From positions 1-56,348 of the forward strand of contig JAJRYJ010000064.1 in the NCBI GenBank assembly GCA_024275795.1: DNA of 56,348 bases, given 5' to 3'. The stretch is from Actinomycetes bacterium. Its GTDB lineage: Bacteria > Actinomycetota > Thermoleophilia > BMS3ABIN01. The translations under genes and the position numbers were made by a program. Within the stretch, counting starts at the first letter, position 1, and each line of letters begins with the position of its first letter. Shown piece by piece: positions 29,701 to 39,779 of the stretch. The notes beneath the pieces were generated by a model. That model had not been told where the DNA came from and searched no databases. It worked only from the letters and a program-made list of their open reading frames with translations.

Positions 29701-29789
29701 GCGTAGCGGCCGTACTGGTCGAAGGGGAGCTGCCGCTTCAGTTGTTCATCACTGGCTTCAGTCATACGCCCAATCTTGATTTCCGGCAA
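26766..29789 (-). CDS. Multidomain methyltransferase / coiled-coil / GT2 / GT4 glycan biosynthesis protein
   Basis: VLDVGGRG and DVYEHIP (methyltransferase); heptad-rich region ending SKSWAATRPMR; IIPSYN, DDASSD, LNSD, FEDMDYCLRA (GT2); GGHR and EGFCLPVLEAMAAG (GT4). Confidence 0.9.
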   Translation of the reverse strand: MPEIKIGRMTEASDEQLKRQLPFDQYGRYALIRDIIGANRGEEGKSFRVLDVGGRGNLLRKFLPEDEVFYLDPDPDAVDSDEDANFIRGDGREMPLEDGEFDFVVSADVYEHIPPEDRRRYLDENLRVALKAVILAAPFASRATAAAERYANETYRIISGGEDHAWLKEHIEHGLPDGDELEAFIHEAGYSFQVIPNNSIWLWENMIFANFIFGEAIERFRDFNAFYNSRVFPYDHEQESYRHVYFIKKEAALRDLELEAGGIDAELYLEIVRKSQAVIAEIIAAERRRIEQLAVEGHRKDGMIAQLAQDVENLKREVERRQRMLGHKDRELRERTAELERVYASKSWAATRPMRGLWRSASVIRNEGPREFARKAAGYVSSRLPASISSRIRTPAREQGEIRRWYRDHKRPVTIIIPSYNDHQVLAPCLRSIEKTVEPGMASVIVVDDASSDQAHLDFLRSVEGGGVRVIYSEENGGFARTVNRGLRAAAQGDVVILNSDTTAEPGWLQALQYGACSEEEIGIVGAKLLYPDGRIQFAGTCRNPGAPQWFDHYYRFQPSDFPPANIPNYVLGVTGACMYVKRSVIDEIGFLDEGFRMAFEDMDYCLRAWEAGYKCFYYPPAVLYHHESATRTKQQGEREMSSLNYFWDKWGDWFDRRDVMDEQGRLHVIYVLQSTGVGGGHRLVFEHLNRLQAMGVNAELYALEGPPDWFPLDAPVREFADYSELVDALKREDAVKVATWWETAVPVWLASVSRGIPVYYVQDIETSYYRDDPYMQSVVLSRYRKEFNYITESHWNGRQLEEMGVTPAMVGCGIDENIFRPLEVEREEDVLLTLGRSHYLKNLPMTIDGWKAMGESRPRLWMFGIEPALAEGLEGAEYFLRPSDEEVNELYNRATVFVQTSRHEGFCLPVLEAMAAGAPVICTDAHGNADFCEHERNCLMVGQEDPQGLKQALERLFADKELQERLRAEGYRTAAEYTWDRVMQQMMDFFESISGARATLERSPGQ

Positions 29790-31019
29790 TCATGGTGCAT
29801 CCTCCGCCGGCCTGTTTTCCCAGGCCGCATCCAGCTTGATCATGCCGCCGTAATTCTTCTCTTCGGTGACAACCTTGAAACTGTTGGCCTTATCAATATG
29901 GTCCAGGGGGTTGAGTATCTCCCAGTCGAATATTACTACTGTCGTATAGTAGCTACCCTCGTTGAAGGGGTTTTTCCTCACCCTCAGCTCGATACTGCCC
30001 TCTCCTTCGACACTGTCGATCACCATGCCGGATGTCCTGGTGTTCGGCCCGGCAACACAGACGCCGACATCATTGTAGAAAGCAATCCCGAATACCGGCT
30101 TCTCGACAGCCGTGCGGGCTCGATAGCCGATTCTTAAGATGATGTCATCGCCGGACTGGAATATTTTCTGCGGCTTCCGATGCTCATCCAGGCTCTCCAC
30201 GCTGGTGATTTCGATCTTTCTTTCCGAACCGTCGGCCGCCCCGACGTCTTCACCCTCCCGCCGTTCCTTCTCCAGGGCGTTGAGCCTGCTGTATTCCAGC
30301 GAGACCTGCTTGGGATTGCCCAGCTCCACCTTGCGGCCCTTGTCTATCAGCAGCACCCGGTCGCAGAACTTCTCCACCATGTCCATACCGTGGGTCACGA
30401 AGAGGATGGTCCGCTTCTCCTCCTTGAAGCGTGAGAACTCGCGGATGCACTTCTCCTGGAAGTTGGCGTCGCCCACGGCCAGCACCTCGTCGATCAGCAG
30501 GATCTCCGAATGGGCCCGGATGGCCACGGAGAAAGCCAGCCTCACGTGCATTCCCGAGGAGAAGTTCTGCACCTTCATGTCCACGAACTCCTCCAGCTCG
30601 GCGAAGTGGATTATCTCGTCGAACTTGCTGTCGATCTCCTTGCGGGAAAGACCGAGGATGGCGCCGTTGAGATAGATGTTCTCCCTGGCCGTCAGCTCCG
30701 GGTTGAAGCCGACGCCCAGCTCCAGGAAGGGCGAGATGCGCCCGTTGACCCTGACCTTGCCGCTGCTGGGCATATAGATGCCGGCGATGATCTTCAGCAG
30801 TGTCGACTTGCCGCAGCCGTTACGGCCGATGATGCCGAAAAACTCCCCCTTCCTGACCTGGAAGTCAAGATCCCTGAGCGCCTCCAGCTCCGAGTAACTC
30901 TTCTTGCGGAAGACGTTCAGTACCGTGGCCTTGAGCGTCGAGTGCTTCTCGTGGGGAATCCTGAAGTTCTTTGAGAGCTTTTCCACAGAGATGGCGATGT
31001 TGTCCCCTGCGGCCGCCAT
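29790..31019 (-). CDS. wzt: Polysaccharide ABC exporter ATPase with C-terminal carbohydrate-binding domain
   Basis: True start ATG 31019 (TGATG overlap); GRNGCGKST, GVGFNPELTAREN, FSSGM..RLAFS, DEVLAVGD; Wzt_C-like beta domain. Confidence 0.93.
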   Translation of the reverse strand: MAAAGDNIAISVEKLSKNFRIPHEKHSTLKATVLNVFRKKSYSELEALRDLDFQVRKGEFFGIIGRNGCGKSTLLKIIAGIYMPSSGKVRVNGRISPFLELGVGFNPELTARENIYLNGAILGLSRKEIDSKFDEIIHFAELEEFVDMKVQNFSSGMHVRLAFSVAIRAHSEILLIDEVLAVGDANFQEKCIREFSRFKEEKRTILFVTHGMDMVEKFCDRVLLIDKGRKVELGNPKQVSLEYSRLNALEKERREGEDVGAADGSERKIEITSVESLDEHRKPQKIFQSGDDIILRIGYRARTAVEKPVFGIAFYNDVGVCVAGPNTRTSGMVIDSVEGEGSIELRVRKNPFNEGSYYTTVVIFDWEILNPLDHIDKANSFKVVTEEKNYGGMIKLDAAWENRPAEDAP

Positions 31020-31813
31020 CAGATCTCCTCGGCGAACCTGTAGGCTTCCCTCTGGAAGAACCAGTATCCCACCACGAAGATCAGCACCGATAAAGCGTAT
31101 GGCACCAGCGCCAGCGGGTAGCCGAGCACGCTGGCGGCCGTCGCCGTATCGTTGGATATCAGCAGGTAACGGCCGTCCTGAATCACCTGCGCCAGCGGGC
31201 TCAGCATCAGCAGCTTCTGGAAGCCCTCCGGCACCAGGCTCAGCGGGTAGAGGATGGGCGTAGCGTAAAACAGCGCCTGGGTGGTCACCTCCCAGATATG
31301 GCCGATATCGCGGAAGCGCACGAACAGCGAGGCCAGGAACAGGGAGATTCCCGAGGTGAGGATGAAGAACTCCAGCAGCACCAGGATGAACAGGGGCGCC
31401 GTCCAGGGCACGGACACCTTGGCGAAAGCCATGAAGATGAAAAAGACGATGATGTTGAGGAACAGGGTGATCAGCGCCGTGATCGACGCCGACACCGTCA
31501 GCACTATCCTCGGGAAATAGACTTTCCTGATCAGGTCGCCCCGGCCGACGATGGAGGTCAGCGAAGAGAAGCTGGCCTCGGTGAAGAAAGTCCAGAGCAC
31601 GATGCCCAGCAGCAGGTAGACCGGGTAGTTGGGCACGGCGCCGCCGATCTTGAAGAACTTGGTGAACACTACCAGCAGCACGCCGAAGAACATCAGCGGC
31701 TTGGCCAGTGACCACAGGTATCCGAAGAACGAGGCCTTGTATTTGAGCTTGAAGTCGGTGAGGGTAAGCTCCCTCACCATCCCCGAGTATTTATAGGGCT
31801 GAAGCTCCTTCAT
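31019..31813 (-). CDS. wzm: Polysaccharide ABC exporter permease
   Basis: DFKLKYKASFFGYLWSLAKPL, LIRKVYFP, RFRDIGH, FYATPILYP. Confidence 0.93.
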   Translation of the reverse strand: MKELQPYKYSGMVRELTLTDFKLKYKASFFGYLWSLAKPLMFFGVLLVVFTKFFKIGGAVPNYPVYLLLGIVLWTFFTEASFSSLTSIVGRGDLIRKVYFPRIVLTVSASITALITLFLNIIVFFIFMAFAKVSVPWTAPLFILVLLEFFILTSGISLFLASLFVRFRDIGHIWEVTTQALFYATPILYPLSLVPEGFQKLLMLSPLAQVIQDGRYLLISNDTATAASVLGYPLALVPYALSVLIFVVGYWFFQREAYRFAEEI

Positions 31814-31926
31814 CAGCGGGGCTTGCTCATGTCGGAACGCTCATGGTGCAGAGTCATCGAAAGAGTCCCCCATGGACATGGGTGGTCACAGCGGTAACAG
31901 ATTTTATCACAAAGGCAGGGGGAGGT

Positions 31927-34900
31927 TCAGGGCGCGAGGCTGGTGACGGCCACCCTGATATTCTTGTTGGTGTCCATGGTCTGGACCGCCGTCCCGGAGT
32001 AGTAATAAGTGAGGATGTCCTGGTAGCTGTCACCGCGCTCGGCGCGCTTGATGGCGCCGTAACCGCTCATGCCGACGCCGTGGCCGTTGAGAGTCATGCC
32101 GTTGCAGTCAGGGTCGGGAACGCTGGCGAGCCAGGGCCAGGTAGCCGTCCCCCAGACCTCCTGGGCCGAGCGGGTCCTGCCGTAAGAGTTGGAGAAGTAG
32201 GTGGCGATGGCTATCTGCCCCTGGTAGGTGACCACCTGGCCGCTGGTTGAATCCACCGCCGCCGCCAGGTCGGGGAAGCGGGCCTCCAGCCCGTAGCCCT
32301 TGTAGACCTGGTCGTCGCCGTTACCGTTACGACTGTTTTTCAGATGGAAGATATCCTGGCTGCCGCCGTAGTACTTGCCCCCCCGGTTGACGTGGTAAAG
32401 TGCGTAACCGCGGGCGGCCACGCTCATGGCGCGCAGGAACTCGGTGGGAGACCCGGTGCTGGACTCGGCGATGCCTCGCAGGTAGAGCTCCAGCGGCAGC
32501 TCGTTGATGACCCACACCTTGTCGGAAACCGGTGAATAACGCACCTCGATCGTGCCCCGGAAGCGGTTATCGTCGAGACTCTGGTTCCAGGAAGGGACGT
32601 CGTGGTATGAGGTCACCTGCATGATGCCGCCGCCGATGGTGGGCGACATGCGGATATAGGCGTTACCCGTGTGGCTCAACCCCGGCCCCACAACCGTGTA
32701 GCTGCCGCCGCTGTAGCTGACGGCCACCTCCTGGCCGGCCCCGAGCACGCCCAGCAGCGCGCCGTTGCCGTCCCTGACCTCGAAAGAGGTATCAGCCGTC
32801 ACCGTCGTAGAATTATTGTAGAAGACCTGTGCGCCCGTGGACGGGCTCCAGTAAATATGCCCGTTCTGGAAGTCGCTGCGGCGGCCGCCGCCGAACGCGT
32901 ATTCGTCCGTCACCGGCAGGCCCAGGGACCCAGCGGGGCCTGCAAGCTCCAGGTATCTGGCGAGCACGGCGCCGTAGACGGCGTGAGCGTCTGTGGCGGC
33001 GGACCAGTAGATGCGCCCGTTCTGGAAATCACTGCCGCGCCCGCTGCCGGCATCGTACTCGCCGGTGGTCGGCATCCCCAGGCCGCCGGTGGGTCCGCCG
33101 AAGTCCATCCACTTGGCGTAGATGGCCCCGTAGACCTCGTGGGCGCCGGTGGCCGGATGATAGTAGATCTTCGCGAACTGGAAATCGCTCTCGCGGCCGC
33201 CGTCCAGGCCGCTGATGTCGAACTCGTCTGTCACCGGCAGGCCAAGAGCCCCAGGGCCGCCCCTGTCCAGATAGGTGTGCAGGATGCCGCCGTAGACTGC
33301 ATGGGTCCCCGTCTCAGGAGACCAGTAAATGCGCCCGTTGAGGAACTCGTTGGCTCTCGCGCCTGCCACGCCGTCCACATCTATCTCATCCGTCAGAGCA
33401 GGGCCGATGGCCGATGCCGGGCCGCCCAGTTCATTGTATTTCAGGTAGATGGCTCCGTATACCACATGGGCGCCTGCCGCCGAGTACCAGGTGACCGCCC
33501 CGTGCTCGTAATCCTGGGCCCTGCCGACGTAGCCTGCGTACTCATCGCTGACAGGCATGCCGAAATAACCCGAGGGGCCGCCCCACTCCGTGTATTTGTC
33601 ATAGATGGCGCCGTAGCTTACATGGACGCCCGTGGCCGGGCTCCAGAGGAAATGGCCGCCGCCGGTGTCGGTCTGCCGGCCGCCGCTGACGCCGCTGATG
33701 TCATATTCGTCATCGACGGGCGGGCCCCAGACTGCGGAGCCACCGGTCTCCAGGTATTTGCCGAGGATGGCGCCATAAATCATGTGGGCGCCGTACCCCG
33801 GGTCCCAGTAAATACGTCCGCCCTGGAAATCGCTCTCACGCCCGCCGCTCACTCCCGGGGCGTCGTATTCATCGGTCACCGGGAACCCGAGGCGGCCGGG
33901 GCCGCCCTCAACCAGATACTTGTCGAGGATGGCGCCGTAGACTACATGAGCGCTGCTGGCCGCAGACCAGTAGATCCTGCCGCCCTCGAAATCATTCGCT
34001 CGCCCAGACGCCACGCCGTACTCGTCGCTGCGGGGCATGCCCAGGAAGCCGCCGCCGGCGCCCAGCGAATCGTACTTGCCAAGGATGCCGCCCAGCACCC
34101 AGTATCCCTGGCCGATACCGTTGTCCCAGATAATCCTGCCGAAGGCGAAGTCCTGGGCGACGCCGCCGGTAACCGGGTACTGCAGATTGATGGCGCCGCC
34201 GGGATCGCCGTGCAGCGCGTCCCACTTGGTATAGATGGGCTCGTCTATGGGCACGGGCGAGTAGGCCACCGATGACCGCAGGGTCGGCAACAGCTAGTGC
34301 AGTCCGTTGCCGGGACATGCAGTGCTGCCGACATCACGGTGTCCCAGATAGTTGGGCAGGTTGGTCCCCAGCATCTCGGCAAAACCGTTGGGATCGATAC
34401 GGTTGATGTTGGAGTTCCACTGCATCAGTGAGATCAGTGCTTCGTTGGTGGCGGCGGTACTGTAGGAGGAGGAATAATCGCCCAGCACGGCGATGCCGAT
34501 GGAGCCGTAGTTCCATTCCATGGCGTGGCCGCCCACTACGGCGTTGCCGCCGAAGCGGCCCTCGTAGATATTGCCGTCGCGGTCCACCAGGTAGTTGTAG
34601 CCGATATCGCCCCAGCCGAGGCTGACCGCGTGATAATAATATATCGATCGTACCGTCGCCGCCGGGTCGGGATCCTGGTTGCTGGTGACCGTGTGGTGGA
34701 TGATCTGTTTCTTCGGCACCACGTATTCCGGGTCCCATTGCATGTAATCCTCGTTGGCGCCCCATTCGGCGCGCGAGATGATGCGCGGCGCCGCTTCCGC
34801 CGTCTCCGGTCCGGAAAAGAGCGAGCCCGCGAACCTGCTGACGGCCGCCAGCAACATGGATGATGTGTTATATCCCTTGGCGTCGATATAGCTTGCGGTC

Positions 34901-35451
34901 AGGCGCGAGATGCTGGGTGTTGCGCCGGCGGCGCCCCTGAAATCGAAACGATACTGGAAGTAGCGGCCGTGGTCCGTGAAAGCCAGCTGGCCGATTGTCT
35001 CGCCCGCCGACTTCGTCTCATCGATATTGTCCGGACCCGCATCCTCCTCGACACTGACAGGTATCCACTCGCTCCAGTCTTCACCATCGCTGCTGAAGCG
35101 GACAGATACCTTCAGGACAGTGCCCTCGGGAGTATCATCAAGCCAGTGGAGCCCCAGGGCGCTGAACTCCATATCCGCTTCCGTGACGGGGGAGATGAAA
35201 CTGCCCTCCGTACTCTCGGCGGCCAGGGTGACTGTGGCTGAGCCGGGGGCATCCGTAGCGACCACAGTGTTGATGAAGCGGCCGCCCTCGCCGAAGTCGG
35301 CGCCGGACGTTACCAGATCCCCGCCGACGGTCTCCGGCGGCGGTGAATCGCCGCTGAAGCCCGGCATAACGAGCAGGACCACCACTGAGGCCAGCAGCGC
35401 CCCGACCAGCAGCAGGGGGACACGCAATCTCATCCTCGACTTCATAGCCAT
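31927..35451 (-). pseudogene. Amidase_2 + ~9 LGFP repeats + SpoIID/LytB fusion, interrupted by in-frame TAG at 34294-34296
   Basis: Track ORFs 34294-35451 and 31927-34290 share one frame: ...TACPGNGLH-TAG-LLPTLRSSV. Amidase motifs ISRAEWGA, IIHHT, GWGDIGYN, GHRD; SpoIID motifs INELPLELYLRGIAE, DQVYKG, GHGVGMSGYGA, ILTYYY. Confidence 0.85.
32816..34245 (-). repeat. About nine LGFP repeats (~54 aa)
   Basis: Recurrent GAI..KY...GG....LG.P..DE......GR...F..G.IYW units; coordinates approximate. Confidence 0.88.
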
Positions 35452-35669
35452 ATCTTAATCGTCAAACCTCTTCAGAATTTTAATATCGCCGACCGGTAAC
35501 CACAGTAGCAGGCAAATGTAAAATGTCTGCAACGGAAAATCCTTGAATATAATTACTTATTCCGCCCTCTCCTTAATCCTCCAATTTCCCCCAGCGCCTG
35601 CATCCCGGCTACCACCGGCCAGCCACAGAAGAGTTTGCATTCAGACTCGGACCCGATAGGATTTGATTC

Positions 35670-36785
35670 ATGAGAATCGGAATCGAGGGGCTGCCTCTCT
35701 TCTTCCATCGGACCGGCACCTCCACCTACACCCATGAGCTGGTGCAGAATCTGCGACGCCTGGGTCTTGGGGATACGGTGGTGCTGTTCGGCCGCAACCA
35801 GAGGATGGCGGGCTCTTCCTACCATGACATTTCCTATCAGGAGCGCATCGCCAACTACTTCTACAAGAAGTATCGGCTGCCCGAGGAGCTCTTCAACCGC
35901 CGCATCGATATTTATCATTCGCCGCGGGACATGGGCCTGCCGAAACCGGACCGCATGCCCTGTCCGACGGTGATGACCCTGCACGACATCATCCTCGTAC
36001 GCATGTCCCATGATTACTACAGCCCCGTGCGTGCTCGCCTCTATGAACGGAGGCTGCTGGAACGCGTCAGGAGCGTCGACCATATCATCACCGCCTCCGA
36101 GTTCTCCCGGCGGGACGCCATTGACTGGAGCGGCGTCGAGCCGGAGAAGTTCAGTGTCGTCCACAACGGCGTCTCGCAGAAGTTCAACCCGGTCACGGAC
36201 ACCGAAAAGCTGAACCGGGTCAGCGCCAGATACAGTTTGCCCGAGCGCTTCATCCTCTGTGTAGGCTCGACCGAGCCGCGCAAGAACGTAAGGGCGGCCA
36301 TCGGGGCTTTCGGACTGTTGCGCCGGAGCCGTGCGGACATCAGCCTGGTGGTCACGGGCACCGAGTACATGGGGCTCACGCCGGACAAGGTTTTTACCGG
36401 GCTCGACCTGGACGGGGTCCACTTCGCCGGCTACATCGCCGATGCGGACATGGCCGCCGTCTACAGCCTGGCCGAGGCGCTGCTCTTCCCCTCACTCTAC
36501 GAAGGCTTCGGGCTGCCGCCGCTGGAGTCCATGGCCTGTGGCACGCCGGTGGTCACGGCCAATGTCACCTCGATTCCCGAGGTGGTCGGCGACGCCGCCC
36601 TGATGGTCGACCCCCGTGATAACGGCGAGATCGCCGCTGCCCTGGAGATGCTGCTTTCCTCCAGCGAGATGCGTGAACAGCTTGTGTCCAGGGGACTGCG
36701 GCAGGCGGCCGCCTTCAGCTGGCACAACTCCGCCGAACAGACCCGGCGCATCTACGAGAAGGTCATCGCCATCCATGCCCACTAA
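35670..36785 (+). CDS. Glycosyltransferase family 4 (WbaZ/MtfB-like mannosyltransferase group)
   Basis: [43 protein letters not shown]. Confidence 0.92.
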   Translation: MRIGIEGLPLFFHRTGTSTYTHELVQNLRRLGLGDTVVLFGRNQRMAGSSYHDISYQERIANYFYKKYRLPEELFNRRIDIYHSPRDMGLPKPDRMPCPTVMTLHDIILVRMSHDYYSPVRARLYERRLLERVRSVDHIITASEFSRRDAIDWSGVEPEKFSVVHNGVSQKFNPVTDTEKLNRVSARYSLPERFILCVGSTEPRKNVRAAIGAFGLLRRSRADISLVVTGTEYMGLTPDKVFTGLDLDGVHFAGYIADADMAAVYSLAEALLFPSLYEGFGLPPLESMACGTPVVTANVTSIPEVVGDAALMVDPRDNGEIAAALEMLLSSSEMREQLVSRGLRQAAAFSWHNSAEQTRRIYEKVIAIHAH

Positions 36786-38511
36786 CAGGCAGATAGCCGA
36801 CGCCCTCGACCGCCTGGCGGACATGATGGAGCTGGACGGGGCCAACGTCTACAAGATCATCGCCCACCGCAAGGCGGCCCACCGCATCGCCGAGTCCAAC
36901 TTCTCCATCGAAGAGCTGGCGCGCGAGGACCGGCTCACGGAGCTGCCGGACATCGGCGAGAAGATAGCCGCCAAGGTCAGGGCGATGGTTGAGACCGGCA
37001 CCCTGGCGGAGCTGGATGACTACGAGCGCAGGTACCCGCCGCAGCTGGTGGAGCTGCAGCAGTTGCAGGGCGTCGGGCCCAGGACCGTGCGCAAGGTCTG
37101 GGAAGCGCTGGGCGTCTCCACCCTGGACGAGATGGAGCAGGCAGCCGCCGACGGCAGCATCGCCGCCCTGCCCGGCATGGGCGGGAAGACGGCGGCCAAT
37201 ATCACCAGGGCCATCGAGCACCTGCGGGCGCGCGGCGGGCGCATACCACTGGGGGAAGTCTTACCAACAGCAGAGGAGATGGTGGCGGCGCTCTCGGGGC
37301 TGCCGGAAGCCGAACAGGTCACCCTGGCCGGCAGCCTCCGCCGCATGAAGGAGACCGTCAAGGACATCGATATCGTCGCAACGGCCGGCCGGCCGGAGAA
37401 GCTCAGCGAGGCTTTCTGCAAACTGCCGGCGGTGGAGGAGACGGTAGCCGCGGGCCCCACCAGGTGCTCCATCCGCACCTACACGGGGTTGCAGGCGGAC
37501 CTGCGCGTCGTGCCCCCGAAGTCCTACAGCAACCTGCTGCAGCATTTCACGGGCTCGAAGGAACATAATATCGCCCTGCGCGAGCTGGCCATCAGCAAGG
37601 GCCTCAAGGTCAGCGAATACGACGTCGAGAACAGCCGGACAGGCAAGGTGCATGAGTGCGCTGACGAAGCGGAGGTCTACGGGCTGCTGGGGCTGGACTA
37701 CATACCCCCGGAGCTGCGGGAGGACAACGGCGAGCTGGAGGCGGCCGCCGCCGGCAAACTGCCCCTGCTGGTCGAGGAAAAAGACATGCGCGGAGACCTG
37801 CACGTGCACTCCGAATGGAGCGACGGCCGCGCGTCCATCCGCGAGATGGCCGAGGCGGCGCGGGAGCGCGGCCTGGAATATATCGTCATCTCGGACCACT
37901 CCCAGTCGCTGGCTGTAGCCCGGGGGCTGACCCCGGAACGCCTGGCGCAGCAGCTGGAGGAGGTAGCCCGTGTGAACACTGAGCTGGGGGATTTCCATGT
38001 CTTTACGGGCATGGAGGTGGACATCAAGGCCGACGGCAAGCTTGACCTGCCCGACGAGGACCTGGAGCAGCTGGATTTCGTCACCGTCTCCATCCATTCC
38101 GGATTCAACCAGGAACGAGAGCAGATCATGGAGCGGCTGACGGCCGCCATGGAAAAGCCTTTCGTGCGCTGCATCGGCCATCCCACCGGCCGGCTGATCA
38201 ACCGGCGCGATCCTTATGAGATCGACATCGAGGGCGTCATCGAGGCGGCGGCCCGCACCGGCACCGCCCTGGAGATAAACTCCCATTACTGGCGCCTGGA
38301 CCTCTGCGACATCCACGCCCGCGCCGCCCGGGAGGCGGGCGTCACCCTGGCGATCAACAGCGACGCCCACGGGCCGGAGGATGTGGGCGTTCTGCAGCTC
38401 GGCGTCGCCACAGCGCGCCGGGGCTGGGTCGAAGCCGGAAACGTGCTCAACACTCTGCCCCTGGGTGAGCTCAGGCGGCGGCTGTCCCTGCCAAAAAAGG
38501 CCGCCGGCTGA
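36775..38511 (+). CDS. polX: DNA polymerase X with PHP domain
   Basis: Start ATG 36775 (MPTNRQIAD); HhH motifs, [14 protein letters not shown] (DxD intact), [20 protein letters not shown]; PHP motifs DLHVHS, DHS, HPTGR, NSDAH. Confidence 0.95.
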   Translation: MPTNRQIADALDRLADMMELDGANVYKIIAHRKAAHRIAESNFSIEELAREDRLTELPDIGEKIAAKVRAMVETGTLAELDDYERRYPPQLVELQQLQGVGPRTVRKVWEALGVSTLDEMEQAAADGSIAALPGMGGKTAANITRAIEHLRARGGRIPLGEVLPTAEEMVAALSGLPEAEQVTLAGSLRRMKETVKDIDIVATAGRPEKLSEAFCKLPAVEETVAAGPTRCSIRTYTGLQADLRVVPPKSYSNLLQHFTGSKEHNIALRELAISKGLKVSEYDVENSRTGKVHECADEAEVYGLLGLDYIPPELREDNGELEAAAAGKLPLLVEEKDMRGDLHVHSEWSDGRASIREMAEAARERGLEYIVISDHSQSLAVARGLTPERLAQQLEEVARVNTELGDFHVFTGMEVDIKADGKLDLPDEDLEQLDFVTVSIHSGFNQEREQIMERLTAAMEKPFVRCIGHPTGRLINRRDPYEIDIEGVIEAAARTGTALEINSHYWRLDLCDIHARAAREAGVTLAINSDAHGPEDVGVLQLGVATARRGWVEAGNVLNTLPLGELRRRLSLPKKAAG

Positions 38512-39779
38512 TGGTCCGGAGAAACCGCTCAACCCGCTGCATACTGGTCCTGCTGCTGACCCTGTCGCTGCTGCTGACCTCCGGCTGCTCCACCAGCCCG
38601 CCGGCCAACATGGACTGGGCCACCCCCACGGTTTCGGCAACAACCGGCATCGAGGCGGAGATCCAGGATACTTTCGACGCTTACGCGGCGGCGCTGGTGG
38701 CCAAGGACGAGGCCGGCTTCCTGGCGACCATCAACCAGGAGAACACCCGGTTCTACGCTTCCCAGCAGGAACTGTTCCGCCGCCTCGAGGATGTACCCTT
38801 CGACCAGTACCGCATCGCCCTGGAATCCGTCAGCGAGTCCGCTGAGGGCGCCGCCGTCGCCAAGGTGTTGACGACGTCGACGCTCAGTGGCAGCTTCCCC
38901 GGGCTGCCGCAACCGACACGGTCCGCCTATGCGCTCGTCAGGCGCGAAGACGGCTGGAAGCTCTCCGGCGACGCCTCCGAGCAGGCCCTCGGCCGCAAGC
39001 GCGACGCCCGCCTGGAGGACTTCGGCAAGGTCCTGGTGCATGAGAGCGGGCACGCCATCGTCCTGTACCTGGCGCCTGATGCAGCGACCGCCGCCCGGGT
39101 CGGCGGCCAGATCGATGACGCCTATCCGCAACTGGTGACCGCCCTGCCGGGCGTGGAGCTGCCGCGCGTGCCGGTGCTGGTCTTCTCCAACCAGGAACAG
39201 CTGGACCAGGCCTATCCGGGGCAATGGCAGGAATGGGTCGGCGGCGCCTCGCGCCAGCTGGGCAACAGCGAGCGCGAGGGCGGCGAGATCATCGTCCAGG
39301 CACAGGTCTACCGGGAGACCGGCTCTTACGATCCCGATTTCCAGAGCCAGACCATCGCCCACGAGCTCACGCACATCGCCCTGTTCCCCAGGTCAGGCGT
39401 CAGCACGCCCCCGCTGCTGGTGGAGGGTCTCGCCGATTACGTGGCGGGGGTCGAGCCCAGCCCGCTGCTCGCGGAGAAGCTGCACAGCGGCGCCGCCCTC
39501 AGTCCCAGTCTCAGCGACCTCTACCAGCCGTCGGGCTTCGATGTGCTGCTCAGCAACGAGGCGGCCCAACTGGCATACGACGAGGCCGGAACCGCCGTCG
39601 CCTACATCGAGCGGGACTTCGGTGGCGGCAAGGTCCTGGCCCTGCTTGAGGAATTCAAGCGCCGGGAGGACGACGGCACGGACCAGGACCAGCTGGTCGA
39701 CGAGGTGTTCCGCCAGGTGCTGGGGACAGGCTGGGCCGACTTCGAGAACGGCTGGCGACAATATGTACTGGGGCTCTGA
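38511..39779 (+). CDS. Lipoprotein with gluzincin (peptidase MA-like) domain
   Basis: Lipobox LTSGC; HELTH plus downstream EGLA third ligand; N-terminal NTF2-like segment. Confidence 0.72.
   Translation: MVRRNRSTRCILVLLLTLSLLLTSGCSTSPPANMDWATPTVSATTGIEAEIQDTFDAYAAALVAKDEAGFLATINQENTRFYASQQELFRRLEDVPFDQYRIALESVSESAEGAAVAKVLTTSTLSGSFPGLPQPTRSAYALVRREDGWKLSGDASEQALGRKRDARLEDFGKVLVHESGHAIVLYLAPDAATAARVGGQIDDAYPQLVTALPGVELPRVPVLVFSNQEQLDQAYPGQWQEWVGGASRQLGNSEREGGEIIVQAQVYRETGSYDPDFQSQTIAHELTHIALFPRSGVSTPPLLVEGLADYVAGVEPSPLLAEKLHSGAALSPSLSDLYQPSGFDVLLSNEAAQLAYDEAGTAVAYIERDFGGGKVLALLEEFKRREDDGTDQDQLVDEVFRQVLGTGWADFENGWRQYVLGL

Noticed and set aside
29790-31715. 641-aa version of wzt in the ORF track
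   Set aside because: The first ~230 codons are an alternate frame over wzm; the real start is ATG 31019.
34294-34296. Pyrrolysine or stop-codon reassignment as the cause of internal stops
   Set aside because: TAG ends many normal genes here (greA, 3927, 4854, 8910, 15568), the other internal stop is TAA, and no pyl genes are in the window.
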